Assembly (NCBI GenBank): GCA_050950765.1
Contig: JBMNIF010000003.1
Location: 576,001-640,000, forward strand
Length of the DNA: 64,000 bases
From: Bdellovibrionota bacterium
GTDB lineage: Bacteria; Bdellovibrionota_C; UBA2361; JAAYZI01
Direction: 5' to 3'
Shown: piece by piece, positions 9,867 through 19,384 of the stretch
Layout of the letters: the number at the start of each line of letters is the position of its first letter
Numbering within the stretch: the first letter of the stretch is position 1
Made by a program: the position numbers and the translations under genes
The notes under the pieces: model-generated
Database searches by the model: none
What the model saw: only the letters and a program-made list of their open reading frames with translations
What the model was told of the DNA's origin: nothing

Positions 9867-10586
9867 TTACTTCCCTGCTAACCTCGCCATCATCAATAAA
9901 CTTTTTGCATTGGCAATAGTGTTTGCAAATACACAGGCGGCAAGAATATTAGTTTTTAATTCTGCATTACAGTTGGCGTTAAAACGTGCGTTCTTAATAA
10001 ATTCATCTCCAGGTAATTCCATCAGATTAAACATCAATGAAACACTTGAAAAACTTGAAGAAGGCGTGGGGGGGTGACTCTCTCCAACTTTTTCAATCCT
10101 GCCATCTAACGATGCTACCCAAAAATCAACATAGGCATAAGTTTCACCCGTATTTTTTAAAGTGTTAATTGCACCTTGAAGGTGTTCCCCAAGTATCCCG
10201 TCACGTAATAAAACTTGTATATTGTAAAAAATGGTGCGTTCATTTTCCAGATTCTTGGCAACAGCAGCGAATCTTTCTAACGGATTCCCAGTATTGCGTC
10301 TTACAATTGCCGCCAACTTCGGTGCTGCAATCTTATGCAAAAGAGCACCTTCCATCGTAACAACACCAGTACGAAGTAGAGATAAGAAAGAAACATTAAC
10401 TCCAGCAGATGTGCTTTGAGTGCAAAGAACTAATCGAAAATTACCGGATGCCGACGCTAAGACATCACCTTGCTGAACAGAATCAAGGGTCGTAACAGGA
10501 GCAATGCGGGTAAGGAGCTCTTGCCCACGAGCAAACTGCTCACTTGCCCATTTTAAAGAAGCATCTTTTCCCCCTAAATTATTCAC
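9867..10586 (-). CDS. Hypothetical protein (orphan)
   Basis: 239-aa ORF, GGGGAAGG RBS before GTG, no recognisable motif. Confidence 0.7.
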   Translation of the reverse strand: MNNLGGKDASLKWASEQFARGQELLTRIAPVTTLDSVQQGDVLASASGNFRLVLCTQSTSAGVNVSFLSLLRTGVVTMEGALLHKIAAPKLAAIVRRNTGNPLERFAAVAKNLENERTIFYNIQVLLRDGILGEHLQGAINTLKNTGETYAYVDFWVASLDGRIEKVGESHPPTPSSSFSSVSLMFNLMELPGDEFIKNARFNANCNAELKTNILAACVFANTIANAKSLLMMARLAGK

Positions 10587-10779
10587 GCCTTCCCCCGACT
10601 CTCAGATGCGATCACTTAGATAAAGACTTCCCGCTCTATATCACCATTTAAGTAACCTATCTTCCCTTTCGACACACCAACAGATCTCCTTTAGTAAATA
10701 TTATGAATAATTAGGTTATAACTGAACCATAACGCTGTTTTAGTTTTTAGCCCCCATCCCCAAAGAGGGGAGAAAAAGG

Positions 10780-12150
10780 ATCGTCCCTAAAGGGTGGCAC
10801 CATTTTGACCCCCGTGAAAACCTAACCAACTTGTTTTTTAATATCAGCCCGCTCAATCGTCCCTAAAGGGTGGCACCATTTTAACCTCCGTAAAGATCTA
10901 GCCGACCCCGCTCTGCAAGTTGCAGCCCGTTCCGCCGTCCTTGAAGGGTGGCACCAGTTTTAGCCCGTCTCACTGGTGGGTGGCACCAGATCTGCCAAAT
11001 TCTAAGATTTTATTAACGTACTGATATTATTAGCTATCGTTATTTTAGAGTCTTTTAGCACTGGTGGGTGGCACCAAATTTTTCTGGTGGGTGGCACCAA
11101 ATTTTTGACCCCCGTGAAAACCTAACCAACTTGTTCTGCAGTTGCAGCCCGTTCCGCCGTCCTTAAAGAGTGGCACCAAATTTTTAACCCGTCTTACTGG
11201 TGGGTGGCGGCACTGTTACTGGTGGGTGGCACCAGATCTGCCAAATTCTAAGCTTTTATTAACATACTGATATTATTAGCTATCGTTATTTTAGAGTCTT
11301 TTAGCACTGGTGGGTGGCACCAAATTTTTGACCCCCGTGAAAACCTAACCAACTTGTTCTGCAGTTGCAGCCCGTTCCGCCGTCCTTAAAGAGTGGCACC
11401 AAATTTTTAACCCGTCTTACTGGTGGGTGGCGGCACTGTTACTGGTGGGTGGCACCAGTTTAACCTCCGTAAAGATCTAGCCGACCCGCTCTGCAAGTTG
11501 CAGCCCGTTCCGCCGTCCTTGAAGGGTGGCACCAAATTTTCGGCACCGTACAGATCTAGCCGACCCCGCTCTGCAAGTTGCAGCCCGTTCCGCCGTCCCT
11601 AAAGGGTGGCACCATTTTAACCTCCGTAAAGATCTAGCCGACCCCGCTCTGCAAGTTGCAGCCCGTTCCGCCGTCCTTGAAGGGTGGCACCAGTTCTTAG
11701 CCCGTCTTACTGGTGGGTGGCACCAGATCTGCCAAATTCTAAGCTTTTATTAACATACTGATATTATTAGCTATCGTTATTTTAGAGTCTTTTAGCACTG
11801 GTGGGTGGCACCAAATTTTTAACCAAATTTTTAACCCCCACTGGTGGGTGGCACCAGTTTTTTACCACCCCATCCTATCATCCCTAAAGGGTGGCACCAG
11901 ATCTCCAAATTCTAAGCTTTTACTAACATACTAATATTATTAGCTATCATAATTTTAGAGTCTTTTAGCACTGGTGGGTGGCACCATTTTTCTAGCCGAC
12001 CCCGCTCTGCAAGTTGCAGCCCGTTCCGCCGTCCTTGAAGGGTGGCACCAGTTTTTAGCCCGTCTTACTGGTGGGTGGCACCAAATTTTCGGCACTATTA
12101 CTGGTGGGTGGCACCAGTTTTTTCACCTTTACCCCGTTCAGCCGTCACTA
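10780..12150. repeat. Mosaic (BIME/REP-like) repeat array with about 22 co-oriented G(G/A)GTGGCACC anchors
   Basis: Anchors counted by eye from 10792 to 12106, separated by a small reused set of modules of about 13-78 bp. Confidence 0.95.
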
Positions 12151-12240
12151 AAGGGCAACAAAAAACTGTATTTCCCACTGTGTTTAGTTTTATTAGTATG
12201 TTGTATGCTTACACTTCAGAAGAAAAACTGCGGAGAGACG

Positions 12241-12966
12241 ATGAGAGCTTTTTACTACACTTTACTGAAAAATTGTTTCTATTATAGCGCCTGTTTAGCC
12301 CTATTCTCTTGCACTGCCTGTTCTAGCAAGCCTCAACACGGCCCCGATAAACAGTTCGGCGGGACACTAGCCGGTGCAGCCAGTGGTGCCGGTACAGGTG
12401 CTATAACAGGATTCCACCTCGGAGCAGGCTCGGGTCCTGGGGCGTTGGCGGGAGCGGGGCTCGGTGCTGTCGCCGGTGGCGTGCACGGTGCCGTTAGAGA
12501 TTCTGTTGAAGAATCACTTTTAAAAACATCCGCTGAATTACAAAAAGAGCGTGAGATAGCCATAGCGCATGAGACGTTACAAGACCACTATCGCCGTCGC
12601 ATGGAGCTTCACCCCGCACGCGATATCTACCCCGCTGAATATTTTTTTGATGCAGATCAGATTAAAGTACGGTGCTCCGCTAAAGCACTAATACGAGAGA
12701 TTGCAGCACTTAATAAGAAACGGTATCCTTGGTCACGCCTCATCGTTGCAATGTACATAAAAGCTGATAACGAAAATTCAGAATATGCACAACACCTCGT
12801 AGAAGGGAGAGCCCGCGCTTTAGGGGATGCTCTCGTCAGAGCAGGTCTGGAGCCGCGCCGCATTGAAACGCGCGCCGTTATTGTACCAGCTCCGATCTTA
12901 ATTGATCCGCTAGACGCTCCCGATCGTTATAATCAGGCGGTAGAATTAATCCCTGTTGATCGCTAA
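12241..12966 (+). CDS. Lipoprotein with glycine zipper and degenerate OmpA-like C-terminal domain
   Basis: Start reassigned to ATG 12241 (GGAGA RBS), because the longer ORF's N-terminus is translated repeat array. Lipobox-like LFSC/CTAC, GxxxG zipper, RARALGDALVRAGL resembling the OmpA C-domain. Confidence 0.7.
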   Translation: MRAFYYTLLKNCFYYSACLALFSCTACSSKPQHGPDKQFGGTLAGAASGAGTGAITGFHLGAGSGPGALAGAGLGAVAGGVHGAVRDSVEESLLKTSAELQKEREIAIAHETLQDHYRRRMELHPARDIYPAEYFFDADQIKVRCSAKALIREIAALNKKRYPWSRLIVAMYIKADNENSEYAQHLVEGRARALGDALVRAGLEPRRIETRAVIVPAPILIDPLDAPDRYNQAVELIPVDR

Positions 12967-12977
12967 GGTAATATTTA

Positions 12978-13604
12978 ATGAATCAAGACAAAGCAATACT
13001 ATTAATCGAACAGGAAGAGCAGGTCATAAAAGATGTGCGCTGTTCATTAAAGCTAATCGACATACCTCTTTTAACAGTGGCAGACCTTCCACAAGCGTTA
13101 ACATCCATAGAGGTAGAAACACCACTTTTAATCTTACTAAGATTAAAAATTGAAGACGCTACGGCTCCCGAACTCTCTTTAGCACGCGAGTTAATAACTT
13201 CTGATCACACCAAAGGTGTGCCCGTCGTTGTGCTCTGTACAGAAAGTGAAAAAGATATAATAAAACACGACCTACCTCTCTTTAGCGGCATAATAAACTT
13301 ACCGTTAGCTTTTCCAACTTTTATCAATGAGATCAGAACGTTTATTAATCAATCCCAAAAAATTGATTCCTGCATCCTCGCATCTTCCACTAATGATTCT
13401 GATTCTATCGCAGAAAAAATGCACAAAAGTGCCTCCGATCTGCATCATAATTTAGCCGTGCTTTATGGTGTTCAAGCGGCAGTATTTGATAAATTAAAAA
13501 ACGAACGAATACTTGAAACAGCTACTGAAGCAGATTTATTATTATCTATTGCAGAAGCTACAAGAATTGTCTGTGCATCATTTGATATAAATAAGATCTT
13601 ATAG
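12978..13604 (+). CDS. Hypothetical protein with a degenerate receiver (CheY-like) N-terminal domain
   Basis: ILLIEQE...PLLILLRL...TKGVPVVVLCT follows the receiver pattern but lacks the phospho-acceptor Asp. Confidence 0.5.
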   Translation: MNQDKAILLIEQEEQVIKDVRCSLKLIDIPLLTVADLPQALTSIEVETPLLILLRLKIEDATAPELSLARELITSDHTKGVPVVVLCTESEKDIIKHDLPLFSGIINLPLAFPTFINEIRTFINQSQKIDSCILASSTNDSDSIAEKMHKSASDLHHNLAVLYGVQAAVFDKLKNERILETATEADLLLSIAEATRIVCASFDINKIL

Positions 13605-13638
13605 ATTTATTAAAAACAGCTAGAGGGAGAAAGAAAAA

Positions 13639-13920
13639 ATGACTGAAACTGAAAATAATAAAAGCGAAACAGAAGTTAACGACATTAACACCAAAGAGGA
13701 ATTAAAAGACTTCCTTAGAAACGTTTTAGATAAAACAACTGATGGTTCAGCAGCACCTATCTACGCCGTGACTGCCATAAATTACGTTATGAACCTACCT
13801 AATATCTATGATGTGTTAGATCAAGAAAATAAAGAATTAGCACGTGATATCTGGTTGCACATTAAGCAAGCAGGTTTTCAATTAAAAGATCCGGCGATCC
13901 TTTTTGAAACACAAGATTAA
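13639..13920 (+). CDS. Small hypothetical protein
   Basis: 93-aa ORF with GAGGGAG RBS, followed by a hairpin. Confidence 0.7.
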   Translation: MTETENNKSETEVNDINTKEELKDFLRNVLDKTTDGSAAPIYAVTAINYVMNLPNIYDVLDQENKELARDIWLHIKQAGFQLKDPAILFETQD

Positions 13921-13936
13921 ACGCTAACACCTTAAG

Positions 13937-13975
13937 TCAGATGCAGCTCTTCATAATAATCAAAGCTGCATCTGA
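13937..13975 (+). terminator. Hairpin downstream of 13639-13920
   Basis: TCAGATGCAGCT...AGCTGCATCTGA 12-bp perfect inverted repeat. Confidence 0.55.
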
Positions 13976-14091
13976 TCATACTTTCACTTTTCCTTTGAGA
14001 TTTCCTTTACCTTTAGCTCACAAAAAAAGACAGTTTTAACTTTTAAAAACTTCTACCTTCACCTTTTAAAAACTTCTACCTTTAACGAAAC

Positions 14092-14531
14092 TGGTAAAGA
14101 CAGTTTTAAAAAGCCTTCGGCTTTTTAAAACTTCTTACTGAAACATCTCCTTCACTCGATCAAGGATCCCTTTAGAAGTATCAGAGTCTTCTTTCGCCTC
14201 CAACTCCTTAAGGTTCTGCAGAACCTCCTACCTTTAGCTCAGTTGGTAAAGACAGTTTTAAAAAGCCTTCGGCTTTTTAAAACTTCTTACTGAAACATCT
14301 CCTTCACTCGATCAAGGATCCCTTTAGAGGTATCAGAGTCTTCTTTCGCCTCCAACTCCTTAAGGTTCTGCAGAACCTCCTACCTTTAGCTCAGTTGGTA
14401 AAGACAGTTTTAAAAAGCCTTCGGCTTTTTAAAACTTCTTACTGAAACATCTCCTTCACTCGATCAAGGATCCCTTTAGAGGTATCAGAGTCTTCTTTCG
14501 CCTCCAACTCCTTAAGGTTCTGCAGAACCTC
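14092..14531. repeat. 152-bp tandem triplication containing the last 93 bp of dnaJ and its terminator
   Basis: TGGTAAAGACAG starts at 14092, 14244 and 14396; only one substitution seen in the shared dnaJ part. Confidence 0.95.
14407..14435 (-). terminator. dnaJ intrinsic terminator (also copied at 14103-14131 and 14255-14283)
   Basis: GTTTTAAAAAGCC-TTC-GGCTTTTTAAAAC 13-bp perfect inverted repeat right after the dnaJ stop. Confidence 0.8.
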
Positions 14532-15557
14532 TTTATATTCAGGCGAAACTTTTTGTGGAACATTAATATGGACCCGTACATTGAGGTCGCCTCTACGGTT
14601 CGTCCCTAAAATAGGCACACCTTCAGAACGTACTTTAAAAATTTTACCAGACGGCGTACCTGCTGGAACCTTTATCTTAGTTTCACCTTTTAAAGTAGGA
14701 ACATCGATCTCATCTCCCATCACAGCAGTCGCATATGAGATAGACACATTACAAAGTAGATCTGCATCATGCCTTTCAAAAACCTGATGCTCTTCTACAT
14801 TAAGAACTACATACAGATCTCCAGAGGGACCCCCTCCAACTCCAGCCTCTCCTTCCCCTGAAAGGCGTAACCTCTGCCCATTATCAACACCGGCAGGAAC
14901 AGTAACCTTAACTTTGCTCTTACGCATTTTAACACCGCCACCATCGCAACTTTGACACGGCTTAACAACGATCTCTCCTGTACCGTTACAAACTGGACAA
15001 GCTTTACTAATCGTAAAAAAGCCCTGCTGAAAACGGGTTTGCCCAGATCCACCGCAGTGTTTGCACCTTTCTTTAGCTGTTCCTGGAGCAGCACCACTTC
15101 CTTTACAATCAGGACATTGAACTTTTTTAGCTATCTCAATCTCTTTATCTGTTCCGAAAACAGCTTCTTCAAAGGTAATCTTTAAATCATACCTAAGATC
15201 ATTACCGGCTCGTCCACGTGATGAACGTCTCCCTCCAACACTTCCACCAAAAAACGAACTGAAGATATCACCGAAAAGATCTTCAAAATCAGCGAAAGCT
15301 CCAAAATCTCCTGCACCGAAACCACCACCTTGTTGGAAAGCAGCGTGCCCATACTGATCATACATCCGTCGTTTTTCAGTATCTGCTAAAACGGTATACG
15401 CTTCGGTCGCTTCCTTAAATTTCTCTTCTGCTTCTTTATTACCTGGATTCTTATCAGGATGATACTGAACAGCTAAACGACGATAAGATTTTTTTATCTC
15501 TCCTAGATCGGCATTTTTTGAAACACCAAGTACTTCGTAATAATCACGTTTTCCCAC
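14439..15557 (-). CDS. dnaJ: Molecular chaperone DnaJ
   Basis: J-domain HPD, G/F-rich linker, four CxxCxGxG repeats. Confidence 0.98.
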   Translation of the reverse strand: MGKRDYYEVLGVSKNADLGEIKKSYRRLAVQYHPDKNPGNKEAEEKFKEATEAYTVLADTEKRRMYDQYGHAAFQQGGGFGAGDFGAFADFEDLFGDIFSSFFGGSVGGRRSSRGRAGNDLRYDLKITFEEAVFGTDKEIEIAKKVQCPDCKGSGAAPGTAKERCKHCGGSGQTRFQQGFFTISKACPVCNGTGEIVVKPCQSCDGGGVKMRKSKVKVTVPAGVDNGQRLRLSGEGEAGVGGGPSGDLYVVLNVEEHQVFERHDADLLCNVSISYATAVMGDEIDVPTLKGETKIKVPAGTPSGKIFKVRSEGVPILGTNRRGDLNVRVHINVPQKVSPEYKEVLQNLKELEAKEDSDTSKGILDRVKEMFQ

Positions 15558-15631
15558 AAATCACTTCCTAAAAACTCGTTGTTCGACGGAGCAGCCTCAG
15601 ATATCTGAACCTTATACATCGCAAACCAAAA

Positions 15632-15653
15632 AGGCGGACTTTTCTGTCCGCCT
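15632..15653 (-). terminator. Terminator/attenuator hairpin between dnaK and dnaJ
   Basis: AGGCGGAC-ttttct-GTCCGCCT followed on the minus strand by a T run. Confidence 0.7.
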
Positions 15654-15676
15654 CTAAAAAGACTACATCATATATA

Positions 15677-17584
15677 CTACTTTACTTCCTCAAAGTCAGC
15701 ATCTACGACATCATCTCCTGCCTTAGCATCTGCAGTCGTGGAAGAGCCTTCCGTAGCACCTGCACTACCACTCTCGCTAGCTGCCTTCTGATACATATGC
15801 TCAGCTAAGGTATGACTCGCCTTTGTTAACTCTTCTTGAGCTTTTTTCATCTCTTCAATATCACTTCCTTCAAGCGCTTTCTTAGCACGATCCAAAGCTA
15901 CATCAACCGCAGCACGATCTTCAGGATTAAGTTTATCAGAGAGATCTGCTAAACTCTTTTCACTACTATAAACCAAACTATCAAGTTGGTTCTTCATAGT
16001 GATCTCTTCTCGTTTCTTACGATCATCTTCAGCGTGCTCCTCAGCATCACGCACCATCTTCTTAATCTCTTCTTCACTCAAACCAGAGCTGGCAGTAATC
16101 TTAATCGCCTGCTCTTTACCAGTGCCGAGATCTTTAGCAGAAACCTGCACAATACCGTTTCCATCGATATCAAAAGTTACTTCAATCTGTGGTACACCTC
16201 GTGGCGCAGGCGGAATTCCAACTAACTCAAAACGTCCGAGAGTTTTATTGTCATCAGCCATTTCGCGCTCGCCTTGCAAGACGTGAATCGATACAGCTGG
16301 TTGATTATCAGAAGCTGTCGAAAAAACTTGCGACTTACGTGTCGGAATAGTTGTATTTTTTTCAATCAACTTCGTTAACACACCACCATAAGTTTCAATA
16401 CCAAGACTTAACGGAGTAACATCTAACAACAATACGTCTTTAACATCACCCTGCAAAACACCACCCTGAATAGCAGCACCAACCGCCACAGCCTCATCAG
16501 GATTAACATTCTTAGAGGGATCTTTACCGAAGATCTCTTGTACTTTTTTCTGCACAGCAGGCATACGCGTCATACCACCAACAAGGATAACTTCATCTAT
16601 GTCAGTAGCATTAATGCCAGCATCCTTAAGAGCGGTCTTACACGGAAGTACTAAACGATCAATCAGATCACCACAAAGCTGCTCCAACTTGGCACGAGTG
16701 ATCTTAATCTGCATATGTTTCGGCCCTGCCGCATCAGCCGTAATAAAGGGCAGATTAATATCTGTCTCCATCGCCGTTGAAAGCTCATGTTTGGCCTTTT
16801 CAGCGGCTTCTTTAAGTCTCTGCAAAGCTAAAGTATCTTTACGCAGATCAATTCCTTGATCTTTCTTAAACTCATCAGCTAAGTAATCAACGATCTTAAG
16901 ATCAAAGTCCTCACCACCAAGGAAGGTATCACCGTTAGTAGATTTAACTTCAAAAACACCTTCACCCAACTCAAGGATTGAGATATCAAAGGTTCCACCA
17001 CCGAGGTCAAAAACTGCAATGGTTCTCTCCCCTGTCTTATCAGCACCATAAGCAAGCGCCGCAGCCGTCGGCTCATTAATAATTCTCTTTACATTAAGAC
17101 CTGCGATGCGACCTGCATCTTTTGTTGCTTGACGTTGTGCGTCATCAAAGTAAGCGGGAACAGTAATAACAGCATCCGTTACCTTTTCTCCAAGATAATC
17201 TTCAGCAGTCTGCTTCATCTTTCCGAGAATCATGGCTGAAATCTCAGGAGAGCTCTTCCCTTCACCACCAAGCTCAACCCAAGCATCACCATTTTGAGCT
17301 TTAACGATCTCGTACGGCAATACTTTACGCGCGTTAGAAACTTCTGGAGAATCAAACTTACGACCGATTAAACGCTTAACAGCAAAAATAGTATTTTTCG
17401 GATTAGTGACAGCTTGACGCCTTGCAACCTGTCCAACCAATCTCTCACCTGACTCATTTTGAGCAACAACAGAAGGGGTTGTACGAGCACCTTCACTATT
17501 TGCGACAACCGTCGGAGTCCCTCCTTCCATAACGGCTACACAAGAATTTGTCGTTCCTAAATCAATCCCTATTATTTTTGACAT
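15677..17584 (-). CDS. dnaK: Molecular chaperone DnaK
   Basis: [32 protein letters not shown]-terminal DADFEEVK. Start set at ATG 17584. Confidence 0.99.
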   Translation of the reverse strand: MSKIIGIDLGTTNSCVAVMEGGTPTVVANSEGARTTPSVVAQNESGERLVGQVARRQAVTNPKNTIFAVKRLIGRKFDSPEVSNARKVLPYEIVKAQNGDAWVELGGEGKSSPEISAMILGKMKQTAEDYLGEKVTDAVITVPAYFDDAQRQATKDAGRIAGLNVKRIINEPTAAALAYGADKTGERTIAVFDLGGGTFDISILELGEGVFEVKSTNGDTFLGGEDFDLKIVDYLADEFKKDQGIDLRKDTLALQRLKEAAEKAKHELSTAMETDINLPFITADAAGPKHMQIKITRAKLEQLCGDLIDRLVLPCKTALKDAGINATDIDEVILVGGMTRMPAVQKKVQEIFGKDPSKNVNPDEAVAVGAAIQGGVLQGDVKDVLLLDVTPLSLGIETYGGVLTKLIEKNTTIPTRKSQVFSTASDNQPAVSIHVLQGEREMADDNKTLGRFELVGIPPAPRGVPQIEVTFDIDGNGIVQVSAKDLGTGKEQAIKITASSGLSEEEIKKMVRDAEEHAEDDRKKREEITMKNQLDSLVYSSEKSLADLSDKLNPEDRAAVDVALDRAKKALEGSDIEEMKKAQEELTKASHTLAEHMYQKAASESGSAGATEGSSTTADAKAGDDVVDADFEEVK

Positions 17585-17823
17585 TACTGAACTCCATTTT
17601 TTAATTTTAATTTTTAATAATACGCTAAATACCTGCAATCATTACAATTGCATAACACAAAAAACAAATTTTAATAGTTTTATCAGCTGAAAATCGTTCA
17701 AGACTCGTTTTATTCTGCCCCGAAAAGAGTCAACTTCCGCAACCGACTTGAAGTTAGTTAAGCATTGTTTAAGGGCTATTCAAGTAATCGAAGCAGAATT
17801 TTTATGCGGTTCAATAAAAACCG

Positions 17824-18495
17824 TTACTCCTCTTCATCTGATACTTCACCCTTAGGCAATTCAGCATCTTCTAAGGATGGTTGCGGCTTTTCCTCCGCCA
17901 CAATCACTTCACCGGCACGTAGTAAACGATCTTTATAGAAATAAGCTTTCTTTAACTCGTTAACAACGACTCCCGCCTCAACGTCCTCCGTTGGAACCTT
18001 TCCTAGTGCATTTTGCTTAACGGGATCAAACACCTTTCCTAAGGCTGATTCCCCCTTAACTCCCCATTTATCCAACACATTTAGAAAGTTTTTATGGATA
18101 AGCTCCACACCAGACTTGAGATGCGCCGGATCTGCTTCTGAATGCTCTAAAGCTCGCTCTAGGTCATCCAAAACATCCACCATATCCAACAAAATTTTTT
18201 CTCCCTGATATTTGAGTAAATCACTCCGTTCTTTAACTACTCTCTTTTGATAATTTTCAAAATCAGCTAGAGATCTTAAATACTTATCTTGAGTGGCAGC
18301 ATTTTCTTGCTTTAATTTTTCGTTTTCTTCTTTTAGTTTTTTACAAGCCCAATCAGAATCAGACACCATTGATTCAACATCTCTATCCTCTGGCTCCACT
18401 ACTACCTCCTCCGTATTCAAATTTTCTGTCACTTCCCCCTCGGAAGCGTTTTGTTTATCTGCCACAACTTTTTTGTTTTTCTTTTTATTTGACAT
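17824..18495 (-). CDS. grpE: Nucleotide exchange factor GrpE
   Basis: YLRSLADFENYQKR, DDLERAL, FDP, RLLRAGEVIVA; directly upstream of dnaK. Confidence 0.96.
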   Translation of the reverse strand: MSNKKKNKKVVADKQNASEGEVTENLNTEEVVVEPEDRDVESMVSDSDWACKKLKEENEKLKQENAATQDKYLRSLADFENYQKRVVKERSDLLKYQGEKILLDMVDVLDDLERALEHSEADPAHLKSGVELIHKNFLNVLDKWGVKGESALGKVFDPVKQNALGKVPTEDVEAGVVVNELKKAYFYKDRLLRAGEVIVAEEKPQPSLEDAELPKGEVSDEEE

Positions 18496-18630
18496 ACTTA
18501 AAATATCCTATCTTTACAAATAGTTATCACCATAACACATAAAAGCTCCTCTTCTGCAAACGAAGCTGCACGTCTGATAAAAAACAACCTTCCCCGTAAA
18601 AAAGGGGAGTTATCAACCAGACATCATAAC

Positions 18631-18661
18631 TTGGATAAGTATGAAACTTGTATTTTGCAAA
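18631..18661 (-). promoter_or_regulatory. Putative heat-shock promoter of grpE-dnaK-dnaJ
   Basis: Minus strand TTTGCAAAATACAAGTTTCATACTTATCCAA aligns without gaps to the hsp20 upstream motif. Confidence 0.5.
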
Positions 18662-18736
18662 GGAAAAATACAAAAAAAAGGAAAAATCTCTATTTTTTAT
18701 CCTTTTTTAGGAGATTTTACGTTATACCTTAATAAT

Positions 18737-19363
18737 ATGGCTAACTCTACCCCCGAAATTGATGGTCTTGAAGGAATAATTATTAGACTCTTTGCTTACA
18801 GAGATTCAGATTTAATAGTACGCATCATCTCACCTACCTCCGGCAAGACCTCCCTTTTTGCTCCACGCGCCCGTAAAGGTGGCGGAAATAAGGCGAACTC
18901 GAGTATCGATATCCTCGATTGGGGGATATTTGAAACACGGGTCGGAAAAGGTGATCTCCCCATCTTAAAGAGTTTTCGTCCGCGCAGCTCCTTTCCTCGT
19001 ATCAGAGAAGACTTTGAAAAGCTCCTACTGGCAACCTTAATCTGTGAAGCCTTTGATGTCGGACTTCCAGAAGACGCCTACGGTGATAATAAAACCATCT
19101 TCACTAACGTCTTATCCACATTAAACAAAATAGATAGCGCCTCCTCTATTAAAGATGCTTTACGCGCCACTTACTTTTTAATAACGGATCTGCTTAAAGA
19201 AAACGGCATCTTAGACTCTGTAACAGCCCCAAGCTCACACGCTCTACTACGTCACCTTAAGCAACTAGAACAATACAGCGGACGCACCATCACCACCAAA
19301 GAGCAGCTTTCTCTAGTGTTTGAACAACTAAAAAGGGAGATTAAAAACAATCCCCCCGACTAA
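18737..19363 (+). CDS. recO: DNA repair protein RecO
   Basis: EGIIIRLFAYRDSDLIVRII...GKTSLFAPRARK N-terminal OB-fold pattern; IREDFEKL. Start set at ATG 18737. Confidence 0.8.
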   Translation: MANSTPEIDGLEGIIIRLFAYRDSDLIVRIISPTSGKTSLFAPRARKGGGNKANSSIDILDWGIFETRVGKGDLPILKSFRPRSSFPRIREDFEKLLLATLICEAFDVGLPEDAYGDNKTIFTNVLSTLNKIDSASSIKDALRATYFLITDLLKENGILDSVTAPSSHALLRHLKQLEQYSGRTITTKEQLSLVFEQLKREIKNNPPD

Positions 19364-19384
19364 CTAGCCGTAATTATTGATAAT

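Noticed and set aside
10780..12150. CRISPR array
   Set aside because: The constant part is only 10-19 bp, the intervening sequences are reused modules of very unequal length rather than unique spacers, and no cas genes are in the window.
11526..12287. ORFs 11526-11753, 12042-12287 and the N-terminal 89 aa of ORF 11974-12966
   Set aside because: They are translations of the repeat array (repeated GWHQ/WVAP peptides); a better start with RBS and lipoprotein signal lies at 12241.
14234..14254. tRNA-like TAGCTCAGTTGGTA in the dnaJ repeat spacer
   Set aside because: Resembles a D-arm, but the D-stem partner, anticodon arm, T-loop and acceptor stem are missing, and the distal copy lacks the motif.
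3994..18737. CIRCE (HrcA) operators upstream of hsp20 or grpE
   Set aside because: No TTAGCACTC-N9-GAGTGCTAA-like inverted repeat was found by eye in either upstream region.
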